A stretch of 62,343 nucleotides of DNA, the filler included, from Choristocarpus tenellus KU-1152 (lineage: Eukaryota > Protista > Phaeophyceae), in NCBI GenBank assembly GCA_964200185.2. It is 13 parts of 13 records of this genome, joined end to end, with 100 filler letters (N's around TTAATTAATTAA, not from the genome) between each part and the next. Parts side by side here need not be neighbours in the genome. Positions count along the whole stretch, not along the records: positions 1 to 3,310 come from CAXNAD020020887.1; positions 3,411 to 7,626 come from CAXNAD020015645.1; positions 7,727 to 10,572 come from CAXNAD020024247.1; positions 10,673 to 13,762 come from CAXNAD020022388.1; 9 more parts are not named here. The stretch is one strand, 5' to 3'. How positions within the stretch are numbered: the stretch's first letter is position 1; every line of letters begins with the position of its first letter. Positions 1-12,421 of this stretch are shown piece by piece. Under the pieces are notes generated by a model. The model was not told where the DNA came from and made no database searches. It saw only the letters and a list, made by a program, of their open reading frames with translations. The position numbers and the translations under genes are program-made.

Positions 1-12
1 ACGTAAAAGAAA

Positions 13-194
13 CCCAGATATGGTGGGGGGGGGGGGGGGGGTGTCTACACCAGGGTGTCCATTTAGGTCCAAAATCAGGAAAAATGCATTTACATATCCA
101 TCCGACATATGCAACCAAATCACCCAAAAATCCACAACATGAAAAAATTGCCCCCAAATGGACAGCCACCACCCACCCCCAGATACTTTGAGCC
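13..194. mobile_element. MITE family A (~175 bp; G/C-tract TIRs)
   Basis: Ends CCCCCAGATACTTTGAGCC; its internal sequence recurs (reverse complement) at 10413-10572, ~19125-19292, ~22747-22928, ~25688-25856, 30551-30718 and 52919-53018. Confidence 0.8.
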
Positions 195-1514
195 ATAAGA
201 GGACTTACATGTCATGCATCACAAGACTGACAAGCCTCTCTCCATACTACTAGCAGATTATGCATCTTTTCAAATGCAACTATAGTAACTTGCTAAATTG
301 GGGCCAGTTAGTTGTAGATGAATATACGTTGTGATAAATATATTTTACGTATGAAAAATATTGAATCGACCGCGTACACCTTAAGCTTCAATTGATTAAT
401 CCGGTCAGTACACACCATGCTTCAACAATGTATAGTTAGCATGCAAATAAAAGTCGTTTCATTCATCAGCATCGTATGTACGAGTGAGTTTTACGTCTTT
501 GGGTTGATGTTAGTTGTAAGTTGTAGGCAAGTCTTACTCAAAGTACTCATTCAGTCTGAACTCTTCACATTTACGCTTGCTTGACGTTATGCACCAATCA
601 TGCCGATTGGGGACTTTCGCCCCTTGATTTGCTAAGCAGTACAAGGAGATATAAGGGGTATTCATTTTTCAAGGTAAACCCTACACAGTTCAAAAGATGT
701 ATCTAGAGTTCTGCTGGTCAAAAATAGACATTTAAATAGGAAAGAGGAAAGTGGGGAGCGACAACAATATTCTTCATTAATAGTTATGTCCCATGTTGGA
801 TTCTGGATTGAGAGGAAACGTATATACATTTATAACCTCAATTATTTGTACTTCCAAGAACAAACTATGTAGCAGTCCACCTCTTTGGATCAAGAATAAA
901 AACGTTTTGAGTTGATGGCAGTGTACTATTATTTCCTTCTGTGTTTCAATACCTGAAATTATCTTGAAGTGATGTACGTGTGACAGAAGAACTCAGGTGG
1001 CATTAGCAAATCAAACTCCATGTGTTTAGTGCCTTTCCTTCTGTCGAAGAACTGAGAAAAAATGGAGTAAACTGAGATCATTAGCCTAGGAACTCCTGGA
1101 GGAGGCAAAAATTATTTTTGTACTGGAATGAAGCCCGGCGAACGTGATCATATGATCCCTCATGTGGAAAGCAGGGTTGTCTGCTATCATACAATTATTG
1201 CTATATTCCATATTCCGACATACTGATCGAGGTTCTTTTCTGAGAACTCTTTGGTTCAACTGTGGAGAAACTTCGGAAGGCTAAATTTATGCGACTTCCC
1301 ATTACGTCTCTTCACGAGCCACATTTTTCTGGAGACGCATCTCCCGTCTCTGAAGGGTTTCTTTTCTGAAACTTATCCGAACCGTGATCCTCCCCACTTC
1401 CTCAGTCCTTCTCCTTGTTATCTGCAGTTTTTTCACCCGTCCAACATCAAACTCATCCTCTCGGTTACGGCTCGTCTTGGTTCGTCTTGCTCGGTGATTC
1501 TCTTCACCACCCTT

Positions 1515-1805
1515 GATCCAAAGCATTTGAGAGAGGATAGGGCTGCATCCGTTCGGGGTCATAAATCCAACGTTGCGATTTTGATGTAATTTTGGCGATC
1601 GTGTTTGTTAGGAAGTGTCAATATCCGTGTTCTGGACACATCTTTCATAATCGTGTACATCTTACGTACTCCGAAATGTTTCAGACTAGGTAAACTGTGT
1701 TAACAGAAAATGGGGGAAAAAAAGGGCACAAAAAGCCTGTGGGAAGCTAAGCCTCGAATGGACAAACGGGTAATCCATCTCCTACCCTCTGAAATGCTTT
1801 GGATC
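1515..1805. mobile_element. MITE family B, divergent copy, 3-bp TSD CTT
   Basis: TIRs GATCCAAAGCATTT...AAATGCTTTGGATC, flanked by CTT on both sides; internal TGTTTGTTAGGAAGTGTCAATATCC shared with other B copies. Confidence 0.85.
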
Positions 1806-3310
1806 CTTACTTGGGTGAACCATGACGCTACAGATCATATGATTCATATTGACGACGCCGTTGAGATTCGAACTCACACTCTTGCGAGTTCAACAAACTT
1901 AACACCCTAATCCTATTGATATATAGAGGTAACATATGAAGATGAGACAGGTTTTTCTTGAAGAGTTGAATAAAAGAATAGTGTTTGCAATAATAATTTT
2001 CATTTGCAGAACTGGCAGAACAGCACAAAGATGTAAGAAAAATAAAGATTAATACCGACAGGGCAATCAGACACCAAAACATCAAGAAGCTGTTCGACAA
2101 TAAAGAACAAAGGATAAATAAAACAAAGTAGAAAATACGCCCTAACAAGCACTATAAAAGCACACACACAGTACATCAACAAGCACATTCTTCAAGTCCA
2201 ACTGTATAGCACCAGACTACCCCCACTCCAAACACAACATGAACCTGTTACAACAAACAAATAGCGCCTGCAACGGCGAATCTAGTGCAATAAACAATTG
2301 CCAAGTCTCCCACTCATATTGCAACACTGGACCCTGAACAGTAAGACAACTCAACAGAAGCAATGCAGGAAAGACGGCACAGGCAGGAGGAAAATAAAAG
2401 GAGTTCCTGCACCCAATCGACACTTGCAAGTGTGGGGTCACTACGATGCTAAGAATGACATTTCTGAGCGCTCTTCCTCTTTTGCTGGAGTGGTTGCTTC
2501 TGTCTCTGAGACTGAGTGTTCCAATTGTGGCATCAAAAACAAAAAAAAACCCCTTGTAGTAAGAAAACAAACTGCAAGCCACCAGTACAGCCTCTGCTAC
2601 CCACGTTTCCTGCCCCTACACAATCCTCTACCATGCCAGCTCATGAGCAATGCTCAAGGTGTGGCTCTATGCAAAGTGATTCAACTCAGTCGGGCAGAGC
2701 TGTGACTGTGGGAATGGAGACAGACCAAAGGAAACAGGGTTCCCCAGCGGCAGCTAGGGGCTACTACTGCACACTCTGAGTCAGGGTAAATGAGAGGTGT
2801 ACAGAGTTGCATCTTAGGGATGCCGACAAATATGTGGGAAATTCGATATTTATGTGTTTTTTAAAAAGAAACCTGTAGGATACTTTTTTTGAAATTGTGT
2901 CGAAAAACTTTTAAGATTGAGAAATGAACTCTCCCAAAACAAACTTAGAACTTCATCCGTAGGTTATATGGGGGAGTTGTAAAAGATTGAAAAAACTCGC
3001 CTATAATGGAAAAATGTTCAATGCCTGGGTACACCTCATTTACTTTGGCTCCCTACTTGCATCAATATGGTGCATGGAGTGTGCTTATGTGGCGAACCTA
3101 GTGGCAACGAGTACAATGCTGATATTGATTGCGCCTTCCCATCAATACCAGGCCTCTTGGGATCACTGTCCACCTCCAAGTGCGCTCACAGCTGATTATT
3201 GTCCAACTGGTGCCCAGCGGTCTCAAAGGGTAGCAACTGAACTGGTCATGCAGAAAGAGGCAGTCGGTGGTCAAGGGGGTGAGAGATATGCTGTTGTGTT
3301 TGGGGGGGGG

Positions 3311-3410
3311 NNNNNNNNNNNNNNNNNNNNNNNNNNNNNNNNNNNNNNNNNNNNTTAATTAATTAANNNNNNNNNNNNNNNNNNNNNNNNNNNNNNNNNN
3401 NNNNNNNNNN
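3311..3410. other. Artificial contig-joining spacer (first of 12)
   Basis: N44-TTAATTAATTAA-N44 (stops in all six frames). Same spacer at 7627-7726, 10573-10672, 13763-13862, 18060-18159, 22946-23045, 27766-27865, 30451-30550, 34624-34723, 42909-43008, 49811-49910, 52819-52918. Confidence 0.98.
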
Positions 3411-3589
3411 GGATTTTGACCCCCAAATGGACGCGGCTCTACCCTCTAAGATACTTTGGCTCCCCTGTAGCGCGGTTTTAAGGTCGTTGGATTAGAGTTA
3501 CACATCCTGTGGAGGTGAGTTCTGGAGCGTGCTGTAACATTTCTGTAGAAGATAATCTGCTTCAGCCTTCCGTGTAGACTGGTGCTCCT

Positions 3590-4850
3590 ACCTGGAGGAA
3601 CATTTTGACGGCATGGGGCAGTTTGGCATAGGAGGTCCCAAATAGGGTGGAGCATGCCCTACTGGACGTTCACCTAAAGAATGAGTGTGGCGAATGGGTC
3701 ATTAGTCTAGATCGAAGAAACGCCTTCAAGATCGTACACAACTCAGCCCTCATTGAGGCTCTCCCTGAAACCCTAACAGGAATCCTACCTTATGTGTCCA
3801 AGGTATATGGGGACACCCATGATCTTCTTTTCCACCGGGAGGAGGGAGGGACGAAAATAATGCCATCAAAATCAGGGGTACAACAAGGGGACCCCCTTGG
3901 CCCCCTCCTATATTGCATGGCAACCACCAAAGCCCTACAGTTACGTCAACACACACCAATGGTCAAGCGTTTAGGTCAACTCTGTAAAGGATTCGGCATG
4001 AGCCAAAGTATCTTAGAGGGTAGACCCTCGTCCATTTGGGAGGCAAAATCCAATGTTGCGATGTTGATATAATTTTGGCTATCATGTTTGTTAGGAAGTG
4101 TCAATATCCTTGTTCCGGACACACCTTTTCATAACATACACATTTTACTTACTCCGAAATATTTTGGACTAGGAAAATGTCATAAAAATCCCCAAGGGAA
4201 GCCAAGCTCCAAATGGACAAACAGGGCAAAACTTGTACCCTCTAAGATACTTTCACTCGCATCTCCTTGCACTATGGAGGACGGTAGCCCATTGACAGTG
4301 GACCAGGATTTTCGCATGGATGTGGTCTTCCATACTGAGGCACTTGTGGACGCCGGATCAGCTTCCTATTGGACAAAAGGCCTCCTCCTGAATTTTACGT
4401 TTGGAGAAGTGCAAGCAGCTTCCCAACTGCCAAACTCATCCACCAGCAATGGTGTATAGGTGTTGCTGCAGTTGAGGCGCAAACAAGCGCACCCACTTAC
4501 AAGGGTTCTTTTGAACCTCGTGGTTTAATCTCAACACCTTCACGATTGAGAGTTTTGGGCACTGCGGTAAGCAGACAGAAAGTCTTCTGGATGAGTTCCC
4601 TACACACATGGTAGGGGGGAGAGGGTCGGGAGGCTACAGCAGGTTGTGGAGCAGTCAAATCCCATTTACTATAGATACTGTCTGTCACTACAGAAGTCGT
4701 TCTATCTAGACGTGTAATGCGTTTTAAGCTAGAGTCACCAGGGAGATGGGCAAGGAGGGGCCTGTCAGAATCTTAGTTTGCATTGCTAACTCCTGGCCCT
4801 GTGGTGTAGGGCTAAGCTAGGTTGGAGGCATAGCAGGGAAGTGGTGTTCT
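3590..4850 (+). mobile_element. Decayed CRE-like non-LTR retrotransposon (RT plus restriction-like endonuclease), internally deleted and interrupted by MITE B
   Basis: RT motifs QFGIG, SLDRRNAF and GVQQGDPLGPLLY in and just upstream of ORF 3647-4072. After the MITE, FRMDVV...LLLNFT (PD-(D/E)xK-like). The 3' part recurs at ~47085-47240 and ~47520-47865. Confidence 0.8.
4000..4258. mobile_element. MITE family B (259 bp), 4-bp TSD GCAT
   Basis: GCAT|GAGCCAAAGTATCTTAGAGGG...CCCTCTAAGATACTTTCACTC|GCAT. Confidence 0.92.
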
Positions 4851-4852
4851 AT

Positions 4853-5841
4853 TGTTACAGGCGCCCCCGAAAGCTTACCTCCACAGGATTTATAGCTCCA
4901 ATCTACGGGCTTATAGATGATACTGATGTACATATAGGACTCCTGATGTATGAGTCGTCAAGTATGCTGGATCTCTCACTTGGATTTTCGTCAATATCAT
5001 CATATTATAAGAAAGGAACTGATCAATGATGTCTTATCACAATCGGGGACCATAATGACCAAATAATAAATCATCAAGAAGTACAAATGTATCAAATCTA
5101 GAACTTCAACATCATAATGGTGTTTATGAAACCGCCATCAAGACATATCGCCTGTAACATGCCTCCCTAGCATGAAGCATAACTGCTTCTCAATGCGATA
5201 AACAGGCTATTGGACAAGGATATAATGTCACTCCTCATCCTATCATGAACGCAGCAGAAATGAAACGAGAGTGAAAGTGTCTTAGAGGGTACGAGTTTTG
5301 CCCTTTTTGTCCGTTTTGGGCTTGGCTTCCCACGGGCTTTAAAGACATTTTCATACTCCGAAATGTTTCGGAGTCGGTGAAATGTTTATGTTATGAAAAG
5401 GTGTGTCCAGAACAAGGATATTGACACTTCCTAAAAAACACAATAGCCAAAATTAAATCAAAATCGCAACATTGGATTTTGACCCTCAAACGGACGCGGC
5501 TCTACCCTCCAAGATACTTTGACTCATGAATGTCACTTCCAGGTCCTATCAGTAGGCAGCGTTGGGGATCCAGCGGAGGAGGAAACCTGGAGGAAAAAAA
5601 CCCTTCCAACGTTTGCCCTGATGACAGATATGTTAGCACGACAACACTCGCACCTCACGGCACTCACTCTGCATTTGACTCAACCTTCAAAAGAAAAACC
5701 TCCTACACCAGAGTCTCATACACACGTCAAAAGTAGGGTACTGTCTAAAAAGACTACCCCTTCCAAGATAAACACATATACAGACACAAAACCATAGTAG
5801 CACGTTTATGAAACCGCCATCAAAACATATCGCCTGTAACA
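4853..5841. mobile_element. Non-coding element with TGTTACAGGCG termini and 4-bp TSD CTAT (TRIM/LTR remnant or Ginger-like)
   Basis: CTAT|TGTTACAGGCG...CGCCTGTAACA|CTAT. The right-end 38 bp (5804-5841) are repeated at 5122-5159. The flanks rejoin into sequence seen uninterrupted at ~47525-47565. Confidence 0.7.
5269..5525. mobile_element. MITE family B, inverted copy
   Basis: ACGA|GAGTGAAAGTGTCTTAGAGGG...CCCTCCAAGATACTTTGACTC|ATGA; the TSD differs by one CpG>TpG change. Confidence 0.88.
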
Positions 5842-7203
5842 CTATAGCTGGCAGTCAAATACTCAAGTAGTAAAAATAGATTTTGGAGAGATGCCCTCTG
5901 ACATTTACTACTGTTACTTCTGCAGGGGTTCTCCTAAGATATTGAAATTGACTTTCCATTGTTTTTTCCCTTGACAAATCTCCAAAACATTGGAGGGAAA
6001 CATAATAAAAAATAAGTCTATCAAATGATACTTTCTTGGTAGGTCAAGGGTTTGGTGATGTTCTAATAATGCTAATAAGAAATCAATTTTTAAAGGAAAG
6101 CATTGTTGATGGGAAAAAAATATTATTAAAAAAATATCAAGATTCTTTTTTTTGCCGATGTAAGGGAGAATTACTTCCAATCCGATTATTCTTAGGACTC
6201 TAGAGTACCATCAATATCCTTCAAAAAAAGCAATAAAAATCGTGTTGTGAAATTTCCTTTGTTGTATTCAGAAATATTATTGTAACGTTCAATAATTTTC
6301 GGTTATTACCTGCTTGATACCGAACAGTTGGTCATACCCACTACACAATACACAACTTCACTTCACTTCACACAAGTTCGAAGTACCATCCGTTGTACGT
6401 TTACCTAGCTGTACTCCCTCTGTTCCCAACTTATTTCTCGCGCCGTGGGTTCATCCTCCTTCAAACCTTCTGCCCACCCAACCATAAGTTCGTCCACCTT
6501 GATCTCGTTACGACATTTTGAGGGCCTGTACCACAGAGAGAAGGATAGGACAAGATGTACAATCCATTGTGTTCGTCACATGAATATTGAAGCCACATTT
6601 TTCACGAAAGAAGCTCTGGTACGAAAAGACTCCAACAAAACTCCTTATTATGGTAGCCATCATCTCATCAACAGACCAATGGGGACGATATGGGATGCAC
6701 ACCACAAAGAATGACGACCTAGAATTGGTGAGAGGGCCATAGATTTTGTAGGGGTTTTTGTGACTATCCCAAGATATCAGCCAAGAAAATATCACATACT
6801 TACACTAGATATCCCTGTATATTATTGTTTTGGTCATCATTACACCTATATAGATAGAGAGAGATGTTACAAAAGGGAAAAGAAGAAATTGTATTCAATG
6901 AGTTCTTGTCAACAAAGTCCTGTGACAGTTCGGGATATGCCATAGGAGAACAAGAAGCAAAATGATAAAATGACTGTATCTAAGGAACCGCTTCCTCAAT
7001 CAACAGTTACTAATAATTTACAACCTTCTACACCCCGACAAGATCTCCATGGTCAGCCACGGAATAGTTAACCTAACGAGAGTTCACCACATTTTATGCA
7101 CGGGAATCATTATAAATCCCTAATCATAGAAAAGAACTCATCCTGTTTGAAGCGACCTTCTCCTTTTGAAATCTGCTACACTAACTCTTCAACGAACCGA
7201 GTC

Positions 7204-7626
7204 ATGGTTGGAAAGTCTTGTACGTTTCTGCTCCTTGCGCGACTTGCCTGGGGGAATGCCGTGGGTTGCCCATTTGGTCACCGCACTAATGAACTCCTTC
7301 CTGCTGATCGTCTCCTCGCAAGCACAGCCTTAGCTGGCCCGTCAGAGCCCGTTGATTTCGATGCCGTCAGGGAAGACATTAAAGTCACCCTCACCGATTC
7401 CAAGGACTTTTGGCCTGCGGATGATAACAACTATGGTCCCTTCTTCATTCGTTACGCTTGGCACTGTGCAGGATCCTACAGAACGAGCGATGGCCGGGGT
7501 GGGTGTGACGGTGGACGTATCCGATTCCACCCTGAGCACAGCTGGGACAACAATACTAACCTCGATAAGGCCAACCTCTTGCTGCGCCCAATTAAACTCA
7601 AAAGTACGGCGACGCCCTCTCCTCGG
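7204..7626 (+). CDS. katG: Catalase-peroxidase, N-terminal part with signal peptide (truncated by contig end)
   Basis: [17 protein letters not shown] signal-like leader, [35 protein letters not shown] (distal R-x-x-W-H), [22 protein letters not shown] follows in another frame (frameshift near 7600, close to the contig end). Confidence 0.9.
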
Positions 7627-7726
7627 NNNNNNNNNNNNNNNNNNNNNNNNNNNNNNNNNNNNNNNNNNNNTTAATTAATTAANNNNNNNNNNNNNNNNNN
7701 NNNNNNNNNNNNNNNNNNNNNNNNNN

Positions 7727-7794
7727 CCAGTCAATTTTGGGTCAAGCCCATCCTCAATGAAAAGCTCCATCCTCAATTTTTGAAATCGGCTGTT
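7727..7794. mobile_element. Foldback MITE family C, right arm
   Basis: Near-identical to the arm of the palindrome at 34425-34623; other copies at ~10740-10832 and 27866-27922. Confidence 0.8.
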
Positions 7795-8454
7795 CTATAT
7801 CGACACAAGCGCTATAACATAATACGCCCTCTACCAGTATGTAATTCCTAAAGTAAAAACCGAAAAATGTGGGTGCTTTTCCAGCAATCTGTATGTTCCA
7901 TCCTATTCCAACAAATTCTTAACACGTGTGATAGTTTCAGACCATCGTGTCCTACCTATCGAAATCCAATTTTCTGCGAATCACAAGATGTCCCTTGGTT
8001 TCAGATTTGACCACATATATATGTGTTGTTTATCTGATTTCAGTAAGAATTGTAGAAGTTATGGTCTTATTCGTAGTAGGTATCTGTAGTTTCTTCTGTA
8101 AGACGAGATGATGAACCATTTTGCGGTTGTATAATGTTGAACTCCGCTTCGAAATGACATGGAAACAAAACGTGAAAATGTTGGGGTATGACCTGGGTCC
8201 CAAAACCGACGGCACATCCCTCCAGTCAATTGTGCGATCGGAGAACTTCCAGAAACCTGGAGAAGTATACGAGTAGAATTAGGGTTCCGAAATGACCCCC
8301 CAAGCAAAGATATTTCGAGAAGGTTCATGAAGGAATGTTTCTATTTTCTTTGGTTCTTCTATTATTTTCTCTGTTTCTCTACTCATCCACTTCTACAAAC
8401 TCTAGAGATATGTAGTTAAGATGTATAATTACCATTAAAGGACCTTCCCCTTAG

Positions 8455-8585
8455 TGCAAAAGAGGCTCGTAAGCGTAACCAGGATGAGGGATCTTTTGAC
8501 CCTCGTACTTGCAACCTCAACACCTTCGCGGTAGAAACCTTCGGGCGTCTTGTCACACAGGTAGAGCTATTTCTGGATGAGAAGT
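8455..8585 (+). mobile_element. CRE/R2-like non-LTR C-terminal fragment
   Basis: Translates GSFDPRTCNLNTFAVETFGRL (typical RLE tail); similar to 4500-4595. Confidence 0.6.
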
Positions 8586-10140
8586 GACTAATATTATTGT
8601 TGGAGGAGAAAAGGGGGCGGAGTATTTCAGCAGAAAGGGAGCTGTATAAACACACTGAAGACATATTGCCTCAGTTACCACTCAACTATTTGCTCAAGAG
8701 TTTTGCGTACTAAATTAGAGACTCCAGGTCGATGAGCCAATAGAAGATTGAGAGATTTATGAGATTCTTCCCTTGATTCTTGCTCGCCTTCCTTCGTTGA
8801 GTCCGTTTTGGAGGATGGTATGTTGCATTTTTTTGTTTTCTTATCTACTGTTTTACATATGATACCTTAGAGCCTGTCCTTGGTGTATCCGGTGTAAGAG
8901 AATGTTCTGCGTTAATTCTTATTGCGTTCCTTACATGCTCTTTTCCCCTATCCACTCTCTATTGTGCTATACTGTATATTGTATTATAAAAAATTGTTGT
9001 CTTTTCCCCCCCAAAAAGTTCTTGTTCTTCCTTCGTAGCAATATCTGGAACATGTCAACGAGGATAATATTATGTTATTGAACAGGAAGAAAACTCCATC
9101 AATCTTGAATGTATCTCTCTCTCTCTCTCTCAGAACAATGTTGTTGTTGTGTATCCCGAAACTGTCAGAATGTCTTATCATTTCCACTGTTGTTGGGGGA
9201 CTTGGATGGGAATCTGAAGATTTAGACCTCTGTAAACTACCTTTCTCAATATAAATACACTCATTCCCATTTATGATCTGTACATCTATACATTTATTTC
9301 TGAACTGTGGAACACGGGGAAATGCAGAGTAGAAATAGGTTTACAAAATTATTGAGACAATAAATAAATTATGAGAAGGTTCATGGAGGTATATTTTTTC
9401 GTTTTCTTTCTCCAATGATGTACAAACTTCAACGGCTTGTACAACTCACGAATTGGACCTAACATGTTCACTCCCTCCCTCCACAACCAAATTAGCACCC
9501 AACCAAATAAACACAATAACACGAACTGCTAACTTAGTGCAACATGGCCCCACGGATGGCTGCTCTCATCATGGTGGGGCTCCTTCACGCCTCAATTTTA
9601 CTCCCAGTGGTAGGAATCTCCCCCTTGTATATTATACTCTCCAGTCGTTCTATGTTCAACCACCTGCCAGTGTGGGCAAACAAGGGATCACCCGACAACG
9701 GGCACATGAATGGATTTGTCTCACACTCACTCGCCTCATGATAATCCTCCATGATGTGAACGCGCCCGGAACGGATGCTTAAACGGGTGCTTCTGTGGTG
9801 AAAGTGAGGGACCAGGCTATGGTAACGGCCACAGCCAAAGGATACGACACGCGCACCTTAGCAAGTAACGGCTACTTTACGGACAGATGCAAGCCTCAAC
9901 TGACCAGGGTAACTTCCATTTATATCAACAAAAGAGTTGGAAATAATTTGAACGTCGAGTACATGTCTTTTGTACAACAGTAGTGTTGACTGTCGGTGAT
10001 CTTGTTGTGCGCGTATTAAATCCATGCGTGAGTTATTGATTGCTTTATGATCAAGTTACTGGCACTCAAGGCACCTGCTTAGAGTACAAGGACAGACGTC
10101 CTCCCCCACAAAAATTGGAAGACTGTGTGTGTGTGGGTGA

Positions 10141-10158
10141 TAGAGAGAGAGGGAGAGG

Positions 10159-10196
<38 letters not shown>
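10141..10196. repeat. (GA)n microsatellite
   Basis: Interrupted GA run; another at 12385-12419. Confidence 0.9.
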
Positions 10197-10200
<4 letters not shown>

Positions 10201-10412
10201 TAGTCATCCTTCTTTGCCCCTGTACATTATTATGCTTGTGTAATGTGCAATCGTTGGTGCTGGTGTCGGACGCTTCTATAGTGTTTGTTCATTTAACCCG
10301 TCTCAGTATTATGTAAAATGTCTATAGTATCCCGTGTATATGCCTGTTGTTCTTGAAACGGAAGAATAAAACTAGAAATGGACAGATCACAAATGCGAGC
10401 GATAACATTTTT

Positions 10413-10572
10413 GGCTTAAAGTATATGGGGGGATGTGGCGGCTGTCCATTTGGGGTGAGTTTTTCATGTCGCGATTTTTGGTGATTTGGTTGCATACATC
10501 GGATGGATAATGTAAGTGCACTTTCCTGATTTTGACCCAAAGGGACACCCTGGTGTAGACCCCTCCCCCCCC
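10413..10572. mobile_element. MITE family A
   Basis: GGCTTAAAGTATATGGGGGG start, family-A core, runs into the contig end in a C tract. Confidence 0.85.
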
Positions 10573-12382
10573 NNNNNNNNNNNNNNNNNNNNNNNNNNNN
10601 NNNNNNNNNNNNNNNNTTAATTAATTAANNNNNNNNNNNNNNNNNNNNNNNNNNNNNNNNNNNNNNNNNNNNGAAATAATTTTGAACAAAAATATACCCC
10701 ATTCAAAAAGGGGTCCTTAAAAAGTGCCGCAACATTTACCAAAAAAAACATATCGGCACTTTTCCCGGTCAATTTTGGGTCAAACCCATCTTCCATAGTA
10801 CACTCCATCCTCAATTTTTGAGATCCACTGTTAAACAGGCCTAGAGCCACCACAAAGGAAAGGAGAAACTTCAATTAAACCAGTCGTGGGTCACTCTCAT
10901 TACCATACATTTTCTGAAGGTCCTGCCTGGCCAACAAAAACCTTACCTGGGCTGGCCTGGAAAAAATATTTGACAGGACATAGAATTCTAGAGCTGTAAC
11001 AGTAGCAATTTTGGTAAATACAAACATAGAATATATAGATTACAACAAGACCTTTAGCCGGTCCGGAGAACACTTAGTATTAAATGATACCATAATTCAA
11101 GCTCAAACCACCTGTCAGGTCAATCCTAAACCCTGCCCTGGCCAAAGCTGGGACCCAGCCTGGTCCTGGCAAAATTCCTATGGCCCTGGTCCAGTGCAAG
11201 ACAGTACCCTGATTGCAGGGTCTAAAACCTACTTAGACTTGTTGATCAATTGGTGAAAGAATCGCTGTATCTCCTTCTGCACTTTCTAACTACTATCTCT
11301 TCGAAGTCTGCTATCCATGACACGAATGACATCATTCATGTATCGCAAGTGTGAGTGCAGTGATGTGACTAGCCTGCTTGCCCTAAGTGAACAGAAGGTT
11401 TTAGTGCACCTGTTGTACATAAACTGTATGAAGAGTACTGACGAATGGTGTGGTTGCTTCCTAGTTGGCGCAACAGGACAACAGACAAACCTGGAAAAGG
11501 AGACAGGAAGCAAGGCAAGTCGCTTTAGCTGGCTGTATGTTCTGCATAATATCAAGGTGAGTACAGACTTGGAACTCACTCAGTGTTTCAGACTTCCCCC
11601 CCGTGCCCCAGACTTACCCGCATGCCACTACTGGGAACTCGTCCCTGCTTTTGTAAGGCAACAGAATATATGGTACAGTACAAAAGAAAGGGTACGTCGC
11701 AGCTTTCAAGTTACTTCCACCTGACCGTGTCTATAAGATTTGTATCCTTTCACTCCCACAACAACCACTTATTCAGGGCGGGACGACCAACCGCGAGAAA
11801 AAAAGTACAAATAAGTGCAGCGCTCATCAGCCACAAGGCAAGCCACATTTTTTAAACTCCACAAATCTATCACGACTGATCAGCTGCTGCTGACGGTGCA
11901 TTGCGTACCAATATTGTTCCTTGAAAGCAAGCAAACGCACACGGCAAAGCAGTAAGTCACACTCAATCATGAAAGAGAGGCAACCTCTTCAGCTGACAAT
12001 GCGTAACACCAACACATACACGAACAACGTTTTCAAACACTGTTGCGTGTATGCCTTCTTCCAGTTTACTCACTCCCCTTCCATCTTCTCTTCCACGAGA
12101 AAAGCCCAGTTGGTGCAGATACACCCCCAAAACATACAACAATCACCACCACATGCCGCGCAGTCCACTCTCCGGCACACAAGCTAACGCACACACACAC
12201 ACACAGAGAGAGACACACAAACTATATCTCGTGGTACTTAGTTCAAAGAAACAGGTTGCTGTGTGTTGATCTCAGTCTTCATCATCAGCTAATCAAAGTC
12301 GCACCCTTCGGCAAGTGGGTTCATTTCGCATTCTGTGATCGCTCCGTATCGCTGTCCCCCTGGGTAAGATATTGCCTGCAAT

Positions 12383-12421
<39 letters not shown>

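Noticed and set aside
3355-3366. Recurrent TTAATTAATTAA flanked by N runs as a biological repeat or CRISPR-like array
   Set aside because: Identical 100-nt artificial linker; adjacency of contigs carries no linkage information.
9640-9920. LINE-like C-terminal remnant (ERMLKRVL); similar hints at ~17480-18050 and ~21500-21900
   Set aside because: Suggestive but too decayed to assign by eye.
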